Both the position numbers and the translations under genes were made by a program. Shown piece by piece: positions 39,590-52,548 of a DNA stretch of 64,000 bases. How positions within the stretch are numbered: position 1 is the stretch's first letter; the number at the start of each line of letters is the position of its first letter. Source of the DNA: Mobula hypostoma (taxonomy: Eukaryota); assembly GCF_963921235.1 (NCBI RefSeq), contig NC_086109.1, positions 35,218,001 to 35,282,000 of the forward strand, given 5' to 3'. The notes beneath the pieces were generated by a model. The model ran no database searches, was not told the DNA's origin, and saw only the letters and a program-made list of their open reading frames with translations.

Positions 39590-40210
39590 AATCTTCTCGG
39601 AGACATCAAAGTGCTGTCTGCCGCAGTGCAGTTTCCGAACCATGCAGTGATGAATTTCGTTGGAATGCTCTCTACTGCGCATCTGTAGAATGACGTGACT
39701 GTGGGTGTGCAAACAGCAGTACTCTTCATCCTCCTTAGAAAGCAGAGTCGTAGGTGAGCTTTCTTGATTTATGTCGGATGTGTTCGAGGACCATGAAAAG
39801 TTGTGTGTGTTGTGTACTCCCAGGAGTTTGAAACTGCTTGCAACTTCCACTGCTGCAAAAGGGGGTGAGTGAGCTGTGAGTTTTCCTGGTTGATAACCAT
39901 CTCCTTTGTCTTGTGGACATTAAGGAAGAGGCTATTTGGCTGGCATGAGACCTCGAGCTCTTCCATCTCTTCTCTGTAGGCTGTCTCATCTTTGTTGGTG
40001 GTAAGCCTTACCATTATCATGTCATCAGCAAATTTCATGATGTGATTGCTTGGGTGTTTGGCTGTGCAGTCACGTGTGAGCAGAGTGTACAGCAATTGTC
40101 TCAGTGCACAGCCCTGTGGAGCACCCGTAATGAGGATGATGGGGAGAGAGGAGCGTAAGTGCATCCTGTCTATCAGAGGTCTGTTCATTCAGAATTCCAA
40201 TACCCATTTG
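39590..40210 (-). mobile_element. Rex1/Babar RT fragment (older)
   Basis: TGAPQGCALRQLLYTLLTRDC...IMKFADD; LFLNVHKTKEMVI; SFKLLGV. Confidence 0.85.
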
Positions 40211-40254
40211 AATAATGTGTGTATACAAATAAATAATGTATGGGGTACGAGGGC

Positions 40255-40925
40255 ATACCTATTCTCTGTCCGCCAGAGAAAGCAGGATCTCCCAGTGGCC
40301 ACACATTTTAATTCCACATCCCATTCCCATTCTGACATGTCTGTCCACGGCTTCCTCTACTGTGGAGATGAAGCCACACTCAGGTTGGAGGAACAAAACC
40401 TTATATTCCATCTGGGTAGCCTCCAACCTGATGGCATGAACATTGACTTCTCAAACTTCCGCTAATGCTCCACCACCCCCTCGTACCCCATCAGTTATTT
40501 ATCTATATACACACATTCTTTCTCTCTCTCTCTCTCCTTTTTCTCCCTCTGTCCCTCTGACTATACCCCTTGCCCATCCTCGCAGCAGGCCAGGCAGCAT
40601 CTCTAGGAAGAGGTACAGTCAACTTTTTGGGTCCCCCCTCCCCCTTTTCCTTCTCCCTGGGCCTCCTGTCCCATGGTCCTCTCATATCCCTTTTGCCAAT
40701 CACCTGTCCAGCTCTTGGCTCCATCCCTCCCCCTCCTGTCTTCTCCTATCATTTTGGATCTCCCCCTCCCCCTCCCACTTTCAAATCTCTTACTCACTCT
40801 TCCTTCAGTTAGTCCTGTCGAAGGGTCTAAGCCTGAAACGTCGACTGCACCTCTTCCTACAGATGCTGCCAACTTTGATGTGTGTTGCTTGAATTTCCAG
40901 CATCTGCAGAATTCCTCGTGTTCTG
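40255..40925 (+). mobile_element. Penelope-like element 3' part (GIY-YIG tail plus pLTR)
   Basis: DLPVATHFNSTSHSHSDMSVHG...LRLEEQNLIFHLGSLQPDGMNIDFSNF*; terminal ...cagcatctgcagaattcct; short inverted terminus piece embedded at 40581-40625. Confidence 0.9.
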
Positions 40926-41989
40926 ATATAAGTGTTCATGTTTTCTAGGTGTGTCAGGGCCAGGTGAATGAAAGATGCTATGGCATCTGCTGTAGAGCAG
41001 TTGTGTCAGTAAGCATATTGATGAGTGCCCAATGTGCGTATTTCTTCTCCCATCTATTATTATTAATTCCTTCATTAATTAATTATTAATCATTATTAAT
41101 CACCTTCTTGAGCCTAGTGTACATATTGTCCTACATTCTGTTATCGAGCTGCTGGGAGGAAGGGTTAGGTTGGTGTTAGAGTAGGTTAAATGTATGAACA
41201 ACATCATGGGCTGAAGGGCCGGTACGGTCATGTAATGTTCTATGTTGTATGAATCAATTGTAAGAGCATTTTGATTGATTTCTCCTTTAGGTAAGACTTT
41301 TAAAACTCAATTGACAATCATGCCTTCCATTGTTCATCTTCATTTAATTTCCTGATGCTCGGGCAATTCTTTGCAGTATCAGATTACATCAATTATCTTC
41401 CTGCATACTTGTCACTGTGACTGGAGATCTACTCCCGGATGAAAGATTTGTGCAGATGATTTGTAAATGTTTTAATCAACAGCTTTAATTGTTTTATCTT
41501 GTACCTACTTTACATACCCGTAAAGTAAAACTACAAAAAAAAGGGTCGACATGTCATGCTTATAACTCCCTGATGTGGCTACAATTCAGTCCATCTGGAA
41601 TACAGAATTTATTTCATGAGTGAGAGCTGAAACTAACTATTCGGGTTCAGCACTTGAATGTAATTTAAGCAATGTTCTACTTGCTCTATGTCCTTTCAAT
41701 TTTTTTATTAGTTTCTACATAGGAGAATACAGAGTACAAGAAAGTATATACAAAAGGTAAAAAAAAAACTACCAATTACATTATATCTATTCGTAATAAC
41801 AATCTCATTACCCCGTATTCATGTAGGTTAGGCAAAGTTATATTGAAATATACTAATTTATTACAAAAAAAGAGTCTAACCCCTACCAAGACCGAAGCTG
41901 TTTATTAAGGAGAAAAAAAGCTAAAATACCTTCTCGTATAATAAAAATTAATAATAGCCAACATCTAAATTTAAACAACGAATTGATGG

Positions 41990-44696
41990 TTCTGAAAGTT
42001 TTGAAAATAATTCAGAAAGGGTCTCCACAATGTTTGAAAGTCTTAACGAGATTCAGAAATTGTACAACGAATCTTCACTAAATCTAAGCATGACATAACG
42101 TCGTATAACCATTGAGAATGAGTAGGAGGAGAAACATCTTTGCATTTAAACAAAAGCGCCCTCCTAGCTATAAGAGAGCTAAAGGCCAAAATATGTAAAT
42201 CAGATGTCTTCAGCTTGATATCTTGTCCTGCAACAATACCGAATTGGGCTGTCAGAGGATCAGGCTTAAAATTGATCTTAAAAATTAAAGAAAAAGTTTG
42301 AAAAACTTGCTTCCAATTTTTTTCAAGACATGGACAAGTCCAAAACATATGAATTAATGAAGCTTCTCCATTATTACATCTGTCACAGTAGGGAGATATA
42401 TCCGAATAAAAACGAGATAGCTTATCTTTAGTCATATGAGCTCTATGTACCACCTAAAATTGTATGAGAGATTGGCGAGCACATAGCGATGGAAGTATTA
42501 ACCAATTTAAAAATTTCATTCCAAGTTTTCTCAGATATTGATGTCTGTAAATCTTGTTCCCAGAGATTCTTAATTTTGTCTAAAGGAACATTCCTCGTCT
42601 CCAGTAACATACCATAAATAATAGATATTGAACCATTATGAAAAGGTGTCAAATTAAAAATTACGTCTAGTAAGTTCTTATTTGTGCTTATAGGAAATGT
42701 GCATAATTGAGATCTTAGAAAGTCTCTGATTTGTTCGTTTGTAGATATCTAAAAAAAAAAGTGAGTTTTGGGTAAGCTATATTTAGCTGACAACTGCTCA
42801 AATGAAAAAAAGATTTCCTCCAACAAACAGATCCCAAAAACAGATCCCAAAAACATTTAACACCCAACTTGTCCCATTCTTTAAAAACTAAATCAGTCAT
42901 GGAGGGTTTAAAAAAATTGGAATAAATGGGACTAGAAAGGGAAAATCTCAATAAACCAAAATGTTTTCTAAATTGTATCCAGATCCTCAGAGTATGTTTA
43001 ACTATTAAATTATCAGTTAGTTTTCTTACAAATAAAGGAAGTGAGGATCCAAGAAGAGAAATAATAGAAAATTTAGTATCAACATTGACTAATGAAATTG
43101 GCCTATATGAAGAGCATTCAGTTGGATCCTTGTTCTTTTTCAGGATAAGCGAAATAGAAGTTTCATAAAAAGATTGAGGCAAACTACCCAATTTGAAAGA
43201 ATCCAAAAAGACTAAGTGTAACTGGGGTACAATTAATGAAGAAAAAGCCTTATAAAATTCATCAGAAAATCCATCTGGACCCAGAGCCTTTTCCGAGTGT
43301 AATGAACGTATAGCCTCGGCGATTTCCTCATAAGAACTGGGTTGATCCATCTGTTTGCAATCATTTGCAGAAAGTGCAGGAATATTTAATTGATCTAAAA
43401 AAATATTCGTTACTGTATTATCTTTAGGGGAATCAGAACTATAAAGTTTAGAATAGAATTTTCTAAAGGTATCATTTATTTCAGAGTAATCAGTTGTCCT
43501 ATCACCATTAGTTTTGCAAATTCCTTTAATTTGTCGTTTAACTACAGAAATTTTTAATTGGTTGGCCAATACTTTGCCTGATTTATCTCCATGAATGTAA
43601 AATCAAGTTTTGTCTTTAAGAAGTTGAGTTTCAATAGGGTATGTTAACAGAAGATCATATTTAGTTTTCACTTCAACATGTCTTTTATATAAAACAGGAT
43701 CTGGAGCGATAGCATATTTTTGATCTAATTGTTTCAATAGATTGGCTGATTCAATTCTTTCTTTATTAGCTTTATTCTTAACGCTCGCAGTATAAGAAAT
43801 AATTTGTCCTCTAATATAGGCCTTGAAACTATCCCATACAATAAGATTAGAAGACTCTTCATTTTTATTCTCTTCAAAAAACAAAATAATATACTTCTCT
43901 AGAAATTTTTAAAAATTCCTTATCAGATAACAAAGTTGTATTAAAACACCAAAATCTGTTGGTTTGAGGAAGACCAGGAAGTTTTAAAGATAGAAATATA
44001 GGAGCATGATCTGAAACAGCGAACTCTTTATAGTCACAGGAACAAACTGATGAAATTATTTGACTATCGATAAAAAGTAATCAATCCTGGAATATGTATG
44101 ATAAACATGGGAAAAAAATGAATACTCCCTATCTAAAGGATGTAAATAACACCAAACATCAACTATAACACACTTCAATAAAAAGGTTTGAATGAACAGA
44201 GCTGATTTATTAAGAGACCCTAGTTTAGAAGATGATCAGTCTAAAGCTGGGTCTAGCCAACAGTTAAAATCTCCTCCCATCACCAAAGAATAAAGATTCA
44301 GATCTGGTAAAAATGAAAAAAAAACGCTCAAAGAATCTTGGATCATCTACATTTGGGGCATACACATTGGCAAATACTATTAACTTATTATCTAGTTTTC
44401 CTGAAACTATAACAAAATGTCCATTAGTATCAGACATTACTTTATTGTTGGACAAAGGAAAGTATATTATGTATAAGAATCAAAACTCCTCTAGATTTGG
44501 CCTGAAGAGAAGAGTGAAAACAAAGTCCATTCCAACAGCTTAAAAAACTTAGAAAATTACATTTGTGCATGTGAGTTTCTCGTAAAAAAATAATAGGGAC
44601 CTTAGATTTCTTAATATAAGCAAAAATCTTATTACGTCTAACAGGGTGATTTCACCCTTTCATGTTAAAACTGAGTAAATTAATAGTTTGGTCCAT
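41990..44696 (-). pseudogene. L1 ORF2p remnant (APE, partial RT, C-terminal Cys-rich region)
   Basis: ATG at 44696 (MDQTINLLSFN); SDTNGHFVIV...ANVYAPN; WDSFKAYIRGQII; KALGPDGF...SYRPISLVNVDTK; CDRC...SLIHMFWTCP. Confidence 0.9.
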
Positions 44697-45367
44697 TTTT
44701 AATATTATTTAAAGGAAGGGTTAAAATGTAAGTTGAAAACCAAGCCATGAACCTTGAGAAATGGTAACCAAGCAACAAGTTGGCTAAAAATTCGAAAACA
44801 GCTTCTGGGGGAAAAAAAACATACCCCCGCCCACCTCCCAAAGAAAGAAAACTGACAAATAGAAAGTCAGCATCTACGAACTACGGACAACCCCCCAAAT
44901 AACCCAGTGGTCGCTCCAACTAGTTTCAAGGTTATTTATATTTCAACCTAGACTAAACAATACCCAAATAAGAGATTCAGCTCTCGTATATCAAAAATAC
45001 AGTATTAAAAATACGAAAGGAAATTAGTTACAATGGTTTACCAAAAGTAAAAGATACAATTATTCATACAGATAGACATTAAACATTAATCTTACACTTT
45101 CATGGAAAAACAGACTAAGCAGTTAGCCTTCAAATTTAAAAAATCTTTGTGCTTCAGCATTCAAACGAAACCATTCGTAGGATCCATCTTTAATGAGGTT
45201 CTCAGTCCAACTGGGTAGCCAAGGGATGGGTTAAAACCCTTATTAAAAAAATTCCAACAGAGCTAATTTAAACTTAGCACATTCCTGCATAACCTCAAGC
45301 AAATAATTTTTGAAAATCTTAATATTGCACCCTATAAACAATCATGCCCTTCGACGGGATTTGAAAA

Positions 45368-46200
45368 TTAATCTTGTGTCTTCATGTAAGGAGAAACTAA
45401 ACAGCTAGCTTTCGGATTATCCTTCAGATTTAAAAAAAATTTCTGCTTCAACAGTCGAGTGGAATCATTCAAAAGAACTGCTTTTAAGTGTGATTCTGAG
45501 TCGGGCTGGACAGCGAAGGGATGGCTTGAAACCCTTATTAAAAAGCTTGGACATAACTTCTTTGAACTTAACACGTTCCTGCATAACCTCTGTGAATAAC
45601 CTTCGACAATTCTAATCTTGCAATCATTATAGTTAATCATGCTTCTTCGATGAGATTCATGAATTAAGAGTTCCTTTGTTTTAAATTCCTGAAAACAGAT
45701 AATTACTGATCTTGGTCTCTGACTGTTAGGAGGTCTAAACGCAGGAGATCTGTGAACTCGATCGATCATAGGCACAGAAGTCAAAATCTCTGGAAATAAT
45801 TCTTGCAAAAAGTTTGCAAAAAACTCCATAGGATAATTACATTCAATTAATTCTTCGAGACCCAGAACCCGTAGGTTGTTCCTTCTACTTCTATTTTCTA
45901 GGTTGATAATCTTCTGTCTTAACCTTTCATTGGACTTTGATTGCTTTTCACAAAGCTTCTGCAATTCATCCACTTCTGTTTCCACAGCCGACAAAATTTC
46001 CTCATTATTTTTAATACGTTTATCGTGTTCATTAGCGTTTGTTGAATTGAATCCAATTTACCATCTATTTGTTTAAATTCTGAATTGTTGAAACTTTTTA
46101 GAGGCTTCTTGTGTATGACTTTGCAGCAAATCCATAATAGAATCCAAAGAAGCAGGAAAATCATCCTTTTTAGTGCCTCTGACAGTCCTTCCAGCCATAA
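45368..46200 (-). pseudogene. L1 ORF1p remnant (coiled coil, RRM, CTD)
   Basis: KIINLENRSRRNNLRVLGLEE...IDRVHRS...PRSVIICF. Confidence 0.9.
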
Positions 46201-47754
46201 TGAAAGAATATCACACTTAAAAAAAAGAGTTTTAAGAAAGGTTGGAAATAGTAAGATAATTAAAGTTGGAGCTATGGCAGATTGCTGTTACTCCATCAGC
46301 CACCACCAGGGAATCTCTCTATGTCCTAATGAGTGTCGGTGGTAAACTGCCAATCCCTGCCAAATAACCATGCAGCTTGATAGAACCCCACTGTGTGCAA
46401 GAAAAAAAGAACAGTGATAGTCAAAAACTAAAAACACACACCAGTTCCCCGTGGAATTCAGAATTCTAAAATGTTATTATTTTTCTTTACTTCAGTTACA
46501 GGGCAGATTTATATATGCACTTCGTTTGTTCATGGAAGAAACGTTGCTTAATAACTTCTCTCTCAAGGTTATCGATTTCTCTTAATTCCAGAATCAAACC
46601 TAATACATGTATGGTGTTCTCAGGTATATGATCTTATGTAAAAGATCTACTCTTCACTCTCACAGCTCTGTGAAAGTAATTAAGTGAGCATTGAGATTTT
46701 GTAAACAAATGGCAAGAAACTGTATTGTGTGCTATTCATTTCATAGCTGCTAATTATGCAAAATTGTGATTCATACAGGTTAGTTTGTGGAAGCAAATAT
46801 TTTGGGGTGAATTTGCACTGTGTGAAATTGATCCAAATATTTCCATCAATGTGAAGTTTCCCCATCAAATGAGGCTATTGTTTCCCCAATTCTTCCCAAT
46901 CTGACATAAATCAAAGCTCATGAGTTGAAAATATGGTCATTGTGGAACTTAGGTGTATGTTGCTGTTTATGCGATCCAAAGACACACTGACAGGTCTGCT
47001 AAAGTGGCACGGGATAAGTGCTGGGGCCCTAAATGTTTGCAGTCCATATTAATAACTTAGATAAAGATACTATTTGCCCACTGTTTCTTAGGGTCTTTAG
47101 CCTTATATTCTGACTCAGCAGCTCTTATATTCTGACTGGGTAGATTTGCTCAAAATCCTTTTAATCTCAACATTTTATTCATTCTATTGGTGGTTCAGTA
47201 CTGACATTCTGACAGCAGTCCTCTGTTGCAAGCAGCTTTAAAATACTAGGCACTCATGATGGGCCAGGAGCTTTACGGCAGGAAGTAACACAGTGTCCAT
47301 GAGAGAACAGTATGCTGTGAGAGAATCTTCAAAGATGTAACACCTCACTTGGATTTTGCTGAAATAAGTATTCACAGCCTCTTACTCCAAGGCTGTCATC
47401 ACTGAAAGATGTGACACTCTGTGGGAAGAAGTTTGGCTACATACTTTTTCCTGGACTGCTCTTTTATTGAAGTCAAGGTCATGTTGAATCTCAGCTTCTT
47501 CACTAATGAAACTGTCACAGATTTCTGCCATCGTACTCAAAATTTGGAATCGTAGTCATTGCATGTATAAAACAAGGAATGGGACAAGATCATTCAGCCT
47601 TCCAATCATGTTCCACCATTCAGTATGATCACAGGTGAACATCAAAATTAAGTAGTCTCTTCCATTTTCTCTCCTTATCACTTGATCTGTTTAGCCATAA
47701 ATGCTATGTCTTTCTCCTCCAGGAATACAATTAAAGACTTGGTTTTACAAAAGG

Positions 47755-48155
47755 CACAAAGGAGGCTGCATTTGATGGAAATTTGGAGCAACACACAAAT
47801 ACTAGAGGAACTCAGCAGGTCATGTAGTATCTAAGGTAGTGGTCCCCAACCTCCGGGCTGCGGACCGATACGTTGCCATGAAGAATGCAGTGGTGCAGCG
47901 GTAGTCCGAATGCACCCAGCACATATTTAAGAAAAAAAAGTTGTTTCTTAAAGATGTGCTGGGTGTGTTCCAACTACTGCTGCGCCACTGCGTTCTTCGC
48001 GGCAATGTATCGGTCCATGGCCCGGAGGCTGGGGACCACTGATCTATGGAGATGCTCGTGGTGCATGAAAGGTGTTGACTCAAAATGTTGACTTTCCATA
48101 TCCTTTCATAGATACTGCCTAACCTGCCAAATCCCTCCAACATTTTGCATGATTT
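47755..48155. mobile_element. Decayed inverted Penelope-derived termini (host of the hAT MITE)
   Basis: gagcaacacacaaatactagaggaactcagcaggtca at left; catagatactgcctaacctgc...ccctccaacattttg at right. Confidence 0.7.
47837..48041. mobile_element. hAT (Charlie-like) MITE, nearly fully palindromic, nested in a Penelope-derived repeat
   Basis: TIRs tagtggtccccaacctccgggc / gcccggaggctggggaccactg; 8-bp TSD atctaagg / atctatgg. Confidence 0.9.
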
Positions 48156-49525
48156 GTTCTTAAATACTTTTGTTCATCATTGAGTGTACACCTGTGCACT
48201 GTATTCACTTGACGCATATTCAGTTGACTTTATGCTAGTGTAGAACAGCTGATGTTTTGGGCAGTGGGATCGGCCAATACGGCTGGATCTCACAATTTCA
48301 GGCAACCATTGTTTGCATTCTCGTGTCAAAAGTAGTCCATTAGAGAGTGAACAAATTGGTCAACAAAAATACAACTTGCTCAACTTGATGTGGATCATGA
48401 GGGGAATTTCTTGGTGTCAATACCAAGCTGGCAGGAAGAACACATGACTGCTTTCTCAGTAAAATGCATTGTTGAACTTTTTTTAACTCATCAGTCCTGT
48501 CAGAAACGATGTGTCTGAAGTACAGGGCTATCCTTTGTTTCTACGGCTGTTCAAACCAGCATATCCTTCGACTGCAGTCACTAAGGGAGGAAGGGAGAGC
48601 AGAGAAAAATGTCACTGGTCATCTCAAGATGAAGTTTAGTTGTTCGAATACAGCCAAAGTTTACCGGAGGACATGCCAAGCAGGAAAGGTGTTTTCATCA
48701 GCGGGTGCTGCATACTATACAGTCTTGCAAAATGAAAATGGTTACTGGTACCAGAGCAAAAGAAGCAAGGAGGCCTGATCTAAACATCACAATGCAGAGG
48801 CTGAAGAACATTAGAAGCAGGAAGAAGAAGGCAGCTAACATGATGATATAGACTGGAGGACTGCATCCTGGCTAGCACCCATTTAATATGATGACTGGCC
48901 ATTCAAATCCTATGGTCTCACTCAGCCGCATTTGGTTATGAGGGACGCAGCTGGTCCCCCTTTGTTTTGGCAACACAACTCTCCTCAGTCCTTTAAATTG
49001 TATTTGATAAAGTGCACAAAGAATATCATCTACGTCTGAGGTTGTAGCTATGGGGAAACATCCAGGATGGAAAGAATTGTACAGGGATACAATGAAGTGG
49101 CAAGGCAACAGCCTATTTCACATCCTCAAGGTATTGAGGGAGAATCTAGGATCTGAGTGGCCTGTAAACATATTGAGGAATTGGATTAAGACCCCAGTAA
49201 TAGCCCACAGTCACCCTGCCCTGGGCTCCATCACTCAGCATTCAGCAGACACCTCAATTGCCGCATTGCTGGGGCAATGCCAGTGCAGTGCAGATATGGC
49301 ATGCTGATGTACCGTATTTGCATGAAACAGGCATTGTATCAACAATGGGACAAATGGTATGGAGTGCTGACAAAGTGCTGTAGTTCATTTCAGGTCCCTA
49401 GTGTTTTTGATGTTTAAACTAGAGAACATAGAGCACCACAGAGAATTGTTAGGTGGGGAATCAGTGTGTACCTTTGAGGTCTGATGCTAGTTTTTGGTTT
49501 CTTTGGAGCAACATTTGGATAGGAG

Positions 49526-49683
49526 TGCAGACGACCTTCACTAATCCGACTACCTGTAATCTAGTTCCTTCGATAATCCAGCACTGATTATGCTTAATGT
49601 GATCCTTCTGTAATTCAGCATTTTCACTAATCCGACACTCCTCAGGTCCCAATGGTGCTGGATTAGTGAAGGTCAACCTGTAC
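49526..49683. mobile_element. Tigger/Tc1-mariner-like MITE
   Basis: TIRs gcagacgaccttcactaatcc / ggattagtgaaggtcaacctgta. Confidence 0.75.
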
Positions 49684-49815
49684 CAAATTGGTGAGGTGCA
49701 AGTGAGAGTTGTTATTTCATTTTCTTCTTGATTAACATTGCACAAGTTGTACTGTAGGAAATTTGACTTGGCGTAGTATCAAACATGGCCCTTTTCAAAA
49801 TACATGCACTGATTC

Positions 49816-49898
49816 CACCTGGCCTGCTGCGTTCACCAGCAACTTTGATGTGTGTTGCTTGAATTTCCAGCATCTGCAGAATTCCTCGTCTTTGTGTT
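49816..49898 (+). mobile_element. Short Penelope terminus insertion with 8-bp TSD
   Basis: actgattc on both sides; insert matches the young terminus at 39086-39160. Confidence 0.8.
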
Positions 49899-50224
49899 AC
49901 TGATTCTTTTTGCTTAACATATCATATTGCATGGCTTATAAAAATGATATTCCTGAATTTATGAAAACTTACCACCTGATTTTTTTAAAAAACTGGTTCT
50001 GTTCCTGGTACAATACAAACCAGAGATTTTGGCGAGGTTAATGATGTTACTCTGCTTTCTGATTTGTCTAGTGCATTTGTACTATGGGGCTTAGTTGTAC
50101 TTTTACTCGTCCTTTCATAGCCTGGCCTCTATCCCTGCACCATTGGATGGGATGGTGGAGATGGTGCATGAGGAGGGATGAAGTAGACTTGGCCTATTCT
50201 CATTGGAGCTAAAGTGCAAGGTTG

Positions 50225-50352
50225 AATAACACTATTACAGTGACCAAGGTTCAATTCTCACCATTGTCTGTAAGGAATTTATATGTTTCTTCCGTATCTG
50301 CACGAGTTTCCTCTGGTCCTCCAGATTCCTTCCACATCCCAAAGACGTACGA
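50225..50352 (+). mobile_element. 5' part of tRNA-derived V-SINE/HE1-like SINE
   Basis: B-box ggttcaattc; V-domain-like tttcctctggtcctccagattccttccacatcccaaagacgt. Confidence 0.65.
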
Positions 50353-51450
50353 GTAAAGTTCAAAATAAGTTTATTATCAAAGTACATGTATGTCATCATA
50401 TACTCAGATTCTTGTGGGCATTCACGGTAAGTACAAAGAAAGAAAATAGAATCAATGAAAAGAAACCACACACAACACAAACAACCAATGTGCAAAAGAC
50501 AAATTGTGCAAATATTAAAAAAAGATTTCAAAAATAAATAAATAAACAGTATATACTGAGAACATGAGATGAAGAACCCTTGAAAGTGAGTCCATAGGTT
50601 GTAGGAACAGTTCAGTATTGGGGTGAGTGAAGTTGAGTAAAGTTATCCCCTCTGGTTCAACAGCCAGATGGCTGAGGGGGAATAGCTGTTCCTGAACCTG
50701 GTGGTGTGGGTTTCCTGTACATTCTTTCTGATGACAGCAACGAGAAGAGAGCATGACCTGGATGACGGGAGTCCTTAATGATGGATGCTGCTTTCCTGTA
50801 TTAGTGCTCCATGTAGCTGTGCTCAATGGTGGGGAGGGATTCACCCGTGGTGGACTGAGCTGTGTCCACTGCTTTTGTAGCATCTTCCTCTCAAGGCCAT
50901 TGGTGTTTCCATACCAGGAAGTGATCAGTATACTCTCCATCACACATCTAAAGAAGTTTGTCAAAGTTTATATGACGTGCCAAATCTTTGCAAACTTCTA
51001 AGAAAGTAGAGGCTCTGCTGCTACAAACAAGACAAAATCTGCAGAAGCTGGAAATCCAAGCAACACACACAAAATGCTGGATGAACTCAGCAGGCCAGAC
51101 AACATCTAAGGAAAAAAGTACAGTCAACATTTCGGCCCGAAACGTCAACTGTATTTTATTCCATGGATGCTGCCTGGCCTGCTGAGTTCCTCCAGCATTT
51201 TGTTTATGTTGCTCAGAGGCATTGTTGTGCCTTCTTTGTAATGGCACTTACGTGCTCGATCCAGGACAGATCCTCTGAAATTATAACCCCGAGGAATTTG
51301 AAGTTGCTTACTCTCTCCACCTCTGATCCCCTGATAAGGTTAATTCATTGACCTCCGGTTTCCTTAATGATCAGTTGACTACAGTTGGTTTTGCTAACAT
51401 TGAGTGAGAGGTTGTTGTGGCACCTTACAGCCAGATTTTCAATCTCAGTC
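50353..51450 (-). mobile_element. Rex1/Babar LINE 3' fragment with nested Penelope hairpin (~51022-51213)
   Basis: TNFFRCVMESILITSWYGN...; 3' end aataaacttattttgaacttta; nested insert flanked by agaggctctgctg / agaggcattgttg. Confidence 0.8.
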
Positions 51451-51684
51451 CTAAATAGTCTAGACCCATTTTATTTCTTATCGATTTAACCTATTACCCA
51501 TCAAGATTATATTGTTCTTTTTTATCCACTTCAATTTTAAGTATGGTGACCTGATGGCAACTGATGATTTGCTTTAATGCTCTTTATATCTCTTGAGTTA
51601 CCCACTGTTATTATATTGTGATGAGTATTTGGACCGTGATGACAGACAAGAAGAGCTCATTTATCTCAACTCCTCTTTTTACTG

Positions 51685-52548
51685 TGTTACGTACTCCGTA
51701 ACTGGGTTGCCAAACCAGCAGAAATGGATCACTCAGTTGGAGTCTGGAGTACTAGAACTAAGAAAGTTTTATTAAAGAAACAAGCAACACAGTAATCGAA
51801 AGGATAATAAATGCAACAGTTCAGCGATGATAAACACACATGTGCACAGGATTAAGATAACAGCATCAATCAAGCTCTATCGTTGTCTAGGGGTAAATGA
51901 CCAAATTTAAAAGTGACTCAAAGTTCAGTCCAGTTTAGTAGTTCAGTTCGCAGTAATCGTTGCCCTGGCGATGGACAACGTGGGGGGAAGAGAGAGATAG
52001 AACGGGAACAACTGATCATTCAGAAAGGCTTCACTCACAGACCGGCGAGATGGCTCACAAACAGCTTTTGGGCGGGTCCTTGGTGATGTCACCTGAGGTC
52101 ACCGACTGTGACCCCTCCTCCAGATGCGGTCGATCCTCTGCAGTGAACCCGGCACCCAGGCAAGGGCGGACACACACCGGGTTCCCGCTGATCGTACCTT
52201 TCCACCCTGGTCGTTGTCTGATACTTCTCACCCACTCGTGAGAGGCGCACCGCTTCCCGGGTCTCGTTACCTCGGGTGGCGTGTGTGTCTGTCTTAGCGA
52301 ACCTGTCCCTTTTTATCCCCCTGCTGGGGTATCGCCTGTCCATCACTTAAAACAGTTCAGGGTTCAAAGGGGGGAGCCGCTCCAGACAGCTCTCTCTCTC
52401 CCACGTCCCTTCATTACACATCTCCAGACGCTGCTCCATTGTTCCTTATCTCTCCTTCCCCTGAGGGCAGGTGGCAGACCAACTGCTGATGCCACTGATG
52501 CTAGCCCAGGCCAGCAAACATCTTAATTTTATGTGTATTCTCGTCACA
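51685..52548 (-). mobile_element. Solo LTR (864 bp), Gypsy-like
   Basis: Termini tgttacg...cgtcaca; 4-bp TSD actg at 51681-51684 and 52549-52552; CpG-rich; minus-strand AATAAA near 51770. Confidence 0.93.

Larger units (their letters stand above)
41695..46316 (-). mobile_element. L1-clade LINE, 5'-complete, RT internally deleted, 11-bp TSD
   Basis: TSD ctctatgtcct at 41684-41694 and 46317-46327; T-rich (minus-strand A-rich) tail at 41695-41710; ORF1 and ORF2 remnants in order. Confidence 0.92.

Noticed and set aside
39051..39693. Mirror ORFs with identical N-termini on both strands
   Set aside because: Direct consequence of the perfect 110-bp palindrome.
48300..49450. Moderately GC-rich stretch with short ORFs, possibly an old transposon
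   Set aside because: I could not identify any transposase or RT motif or termini; left unannotated.
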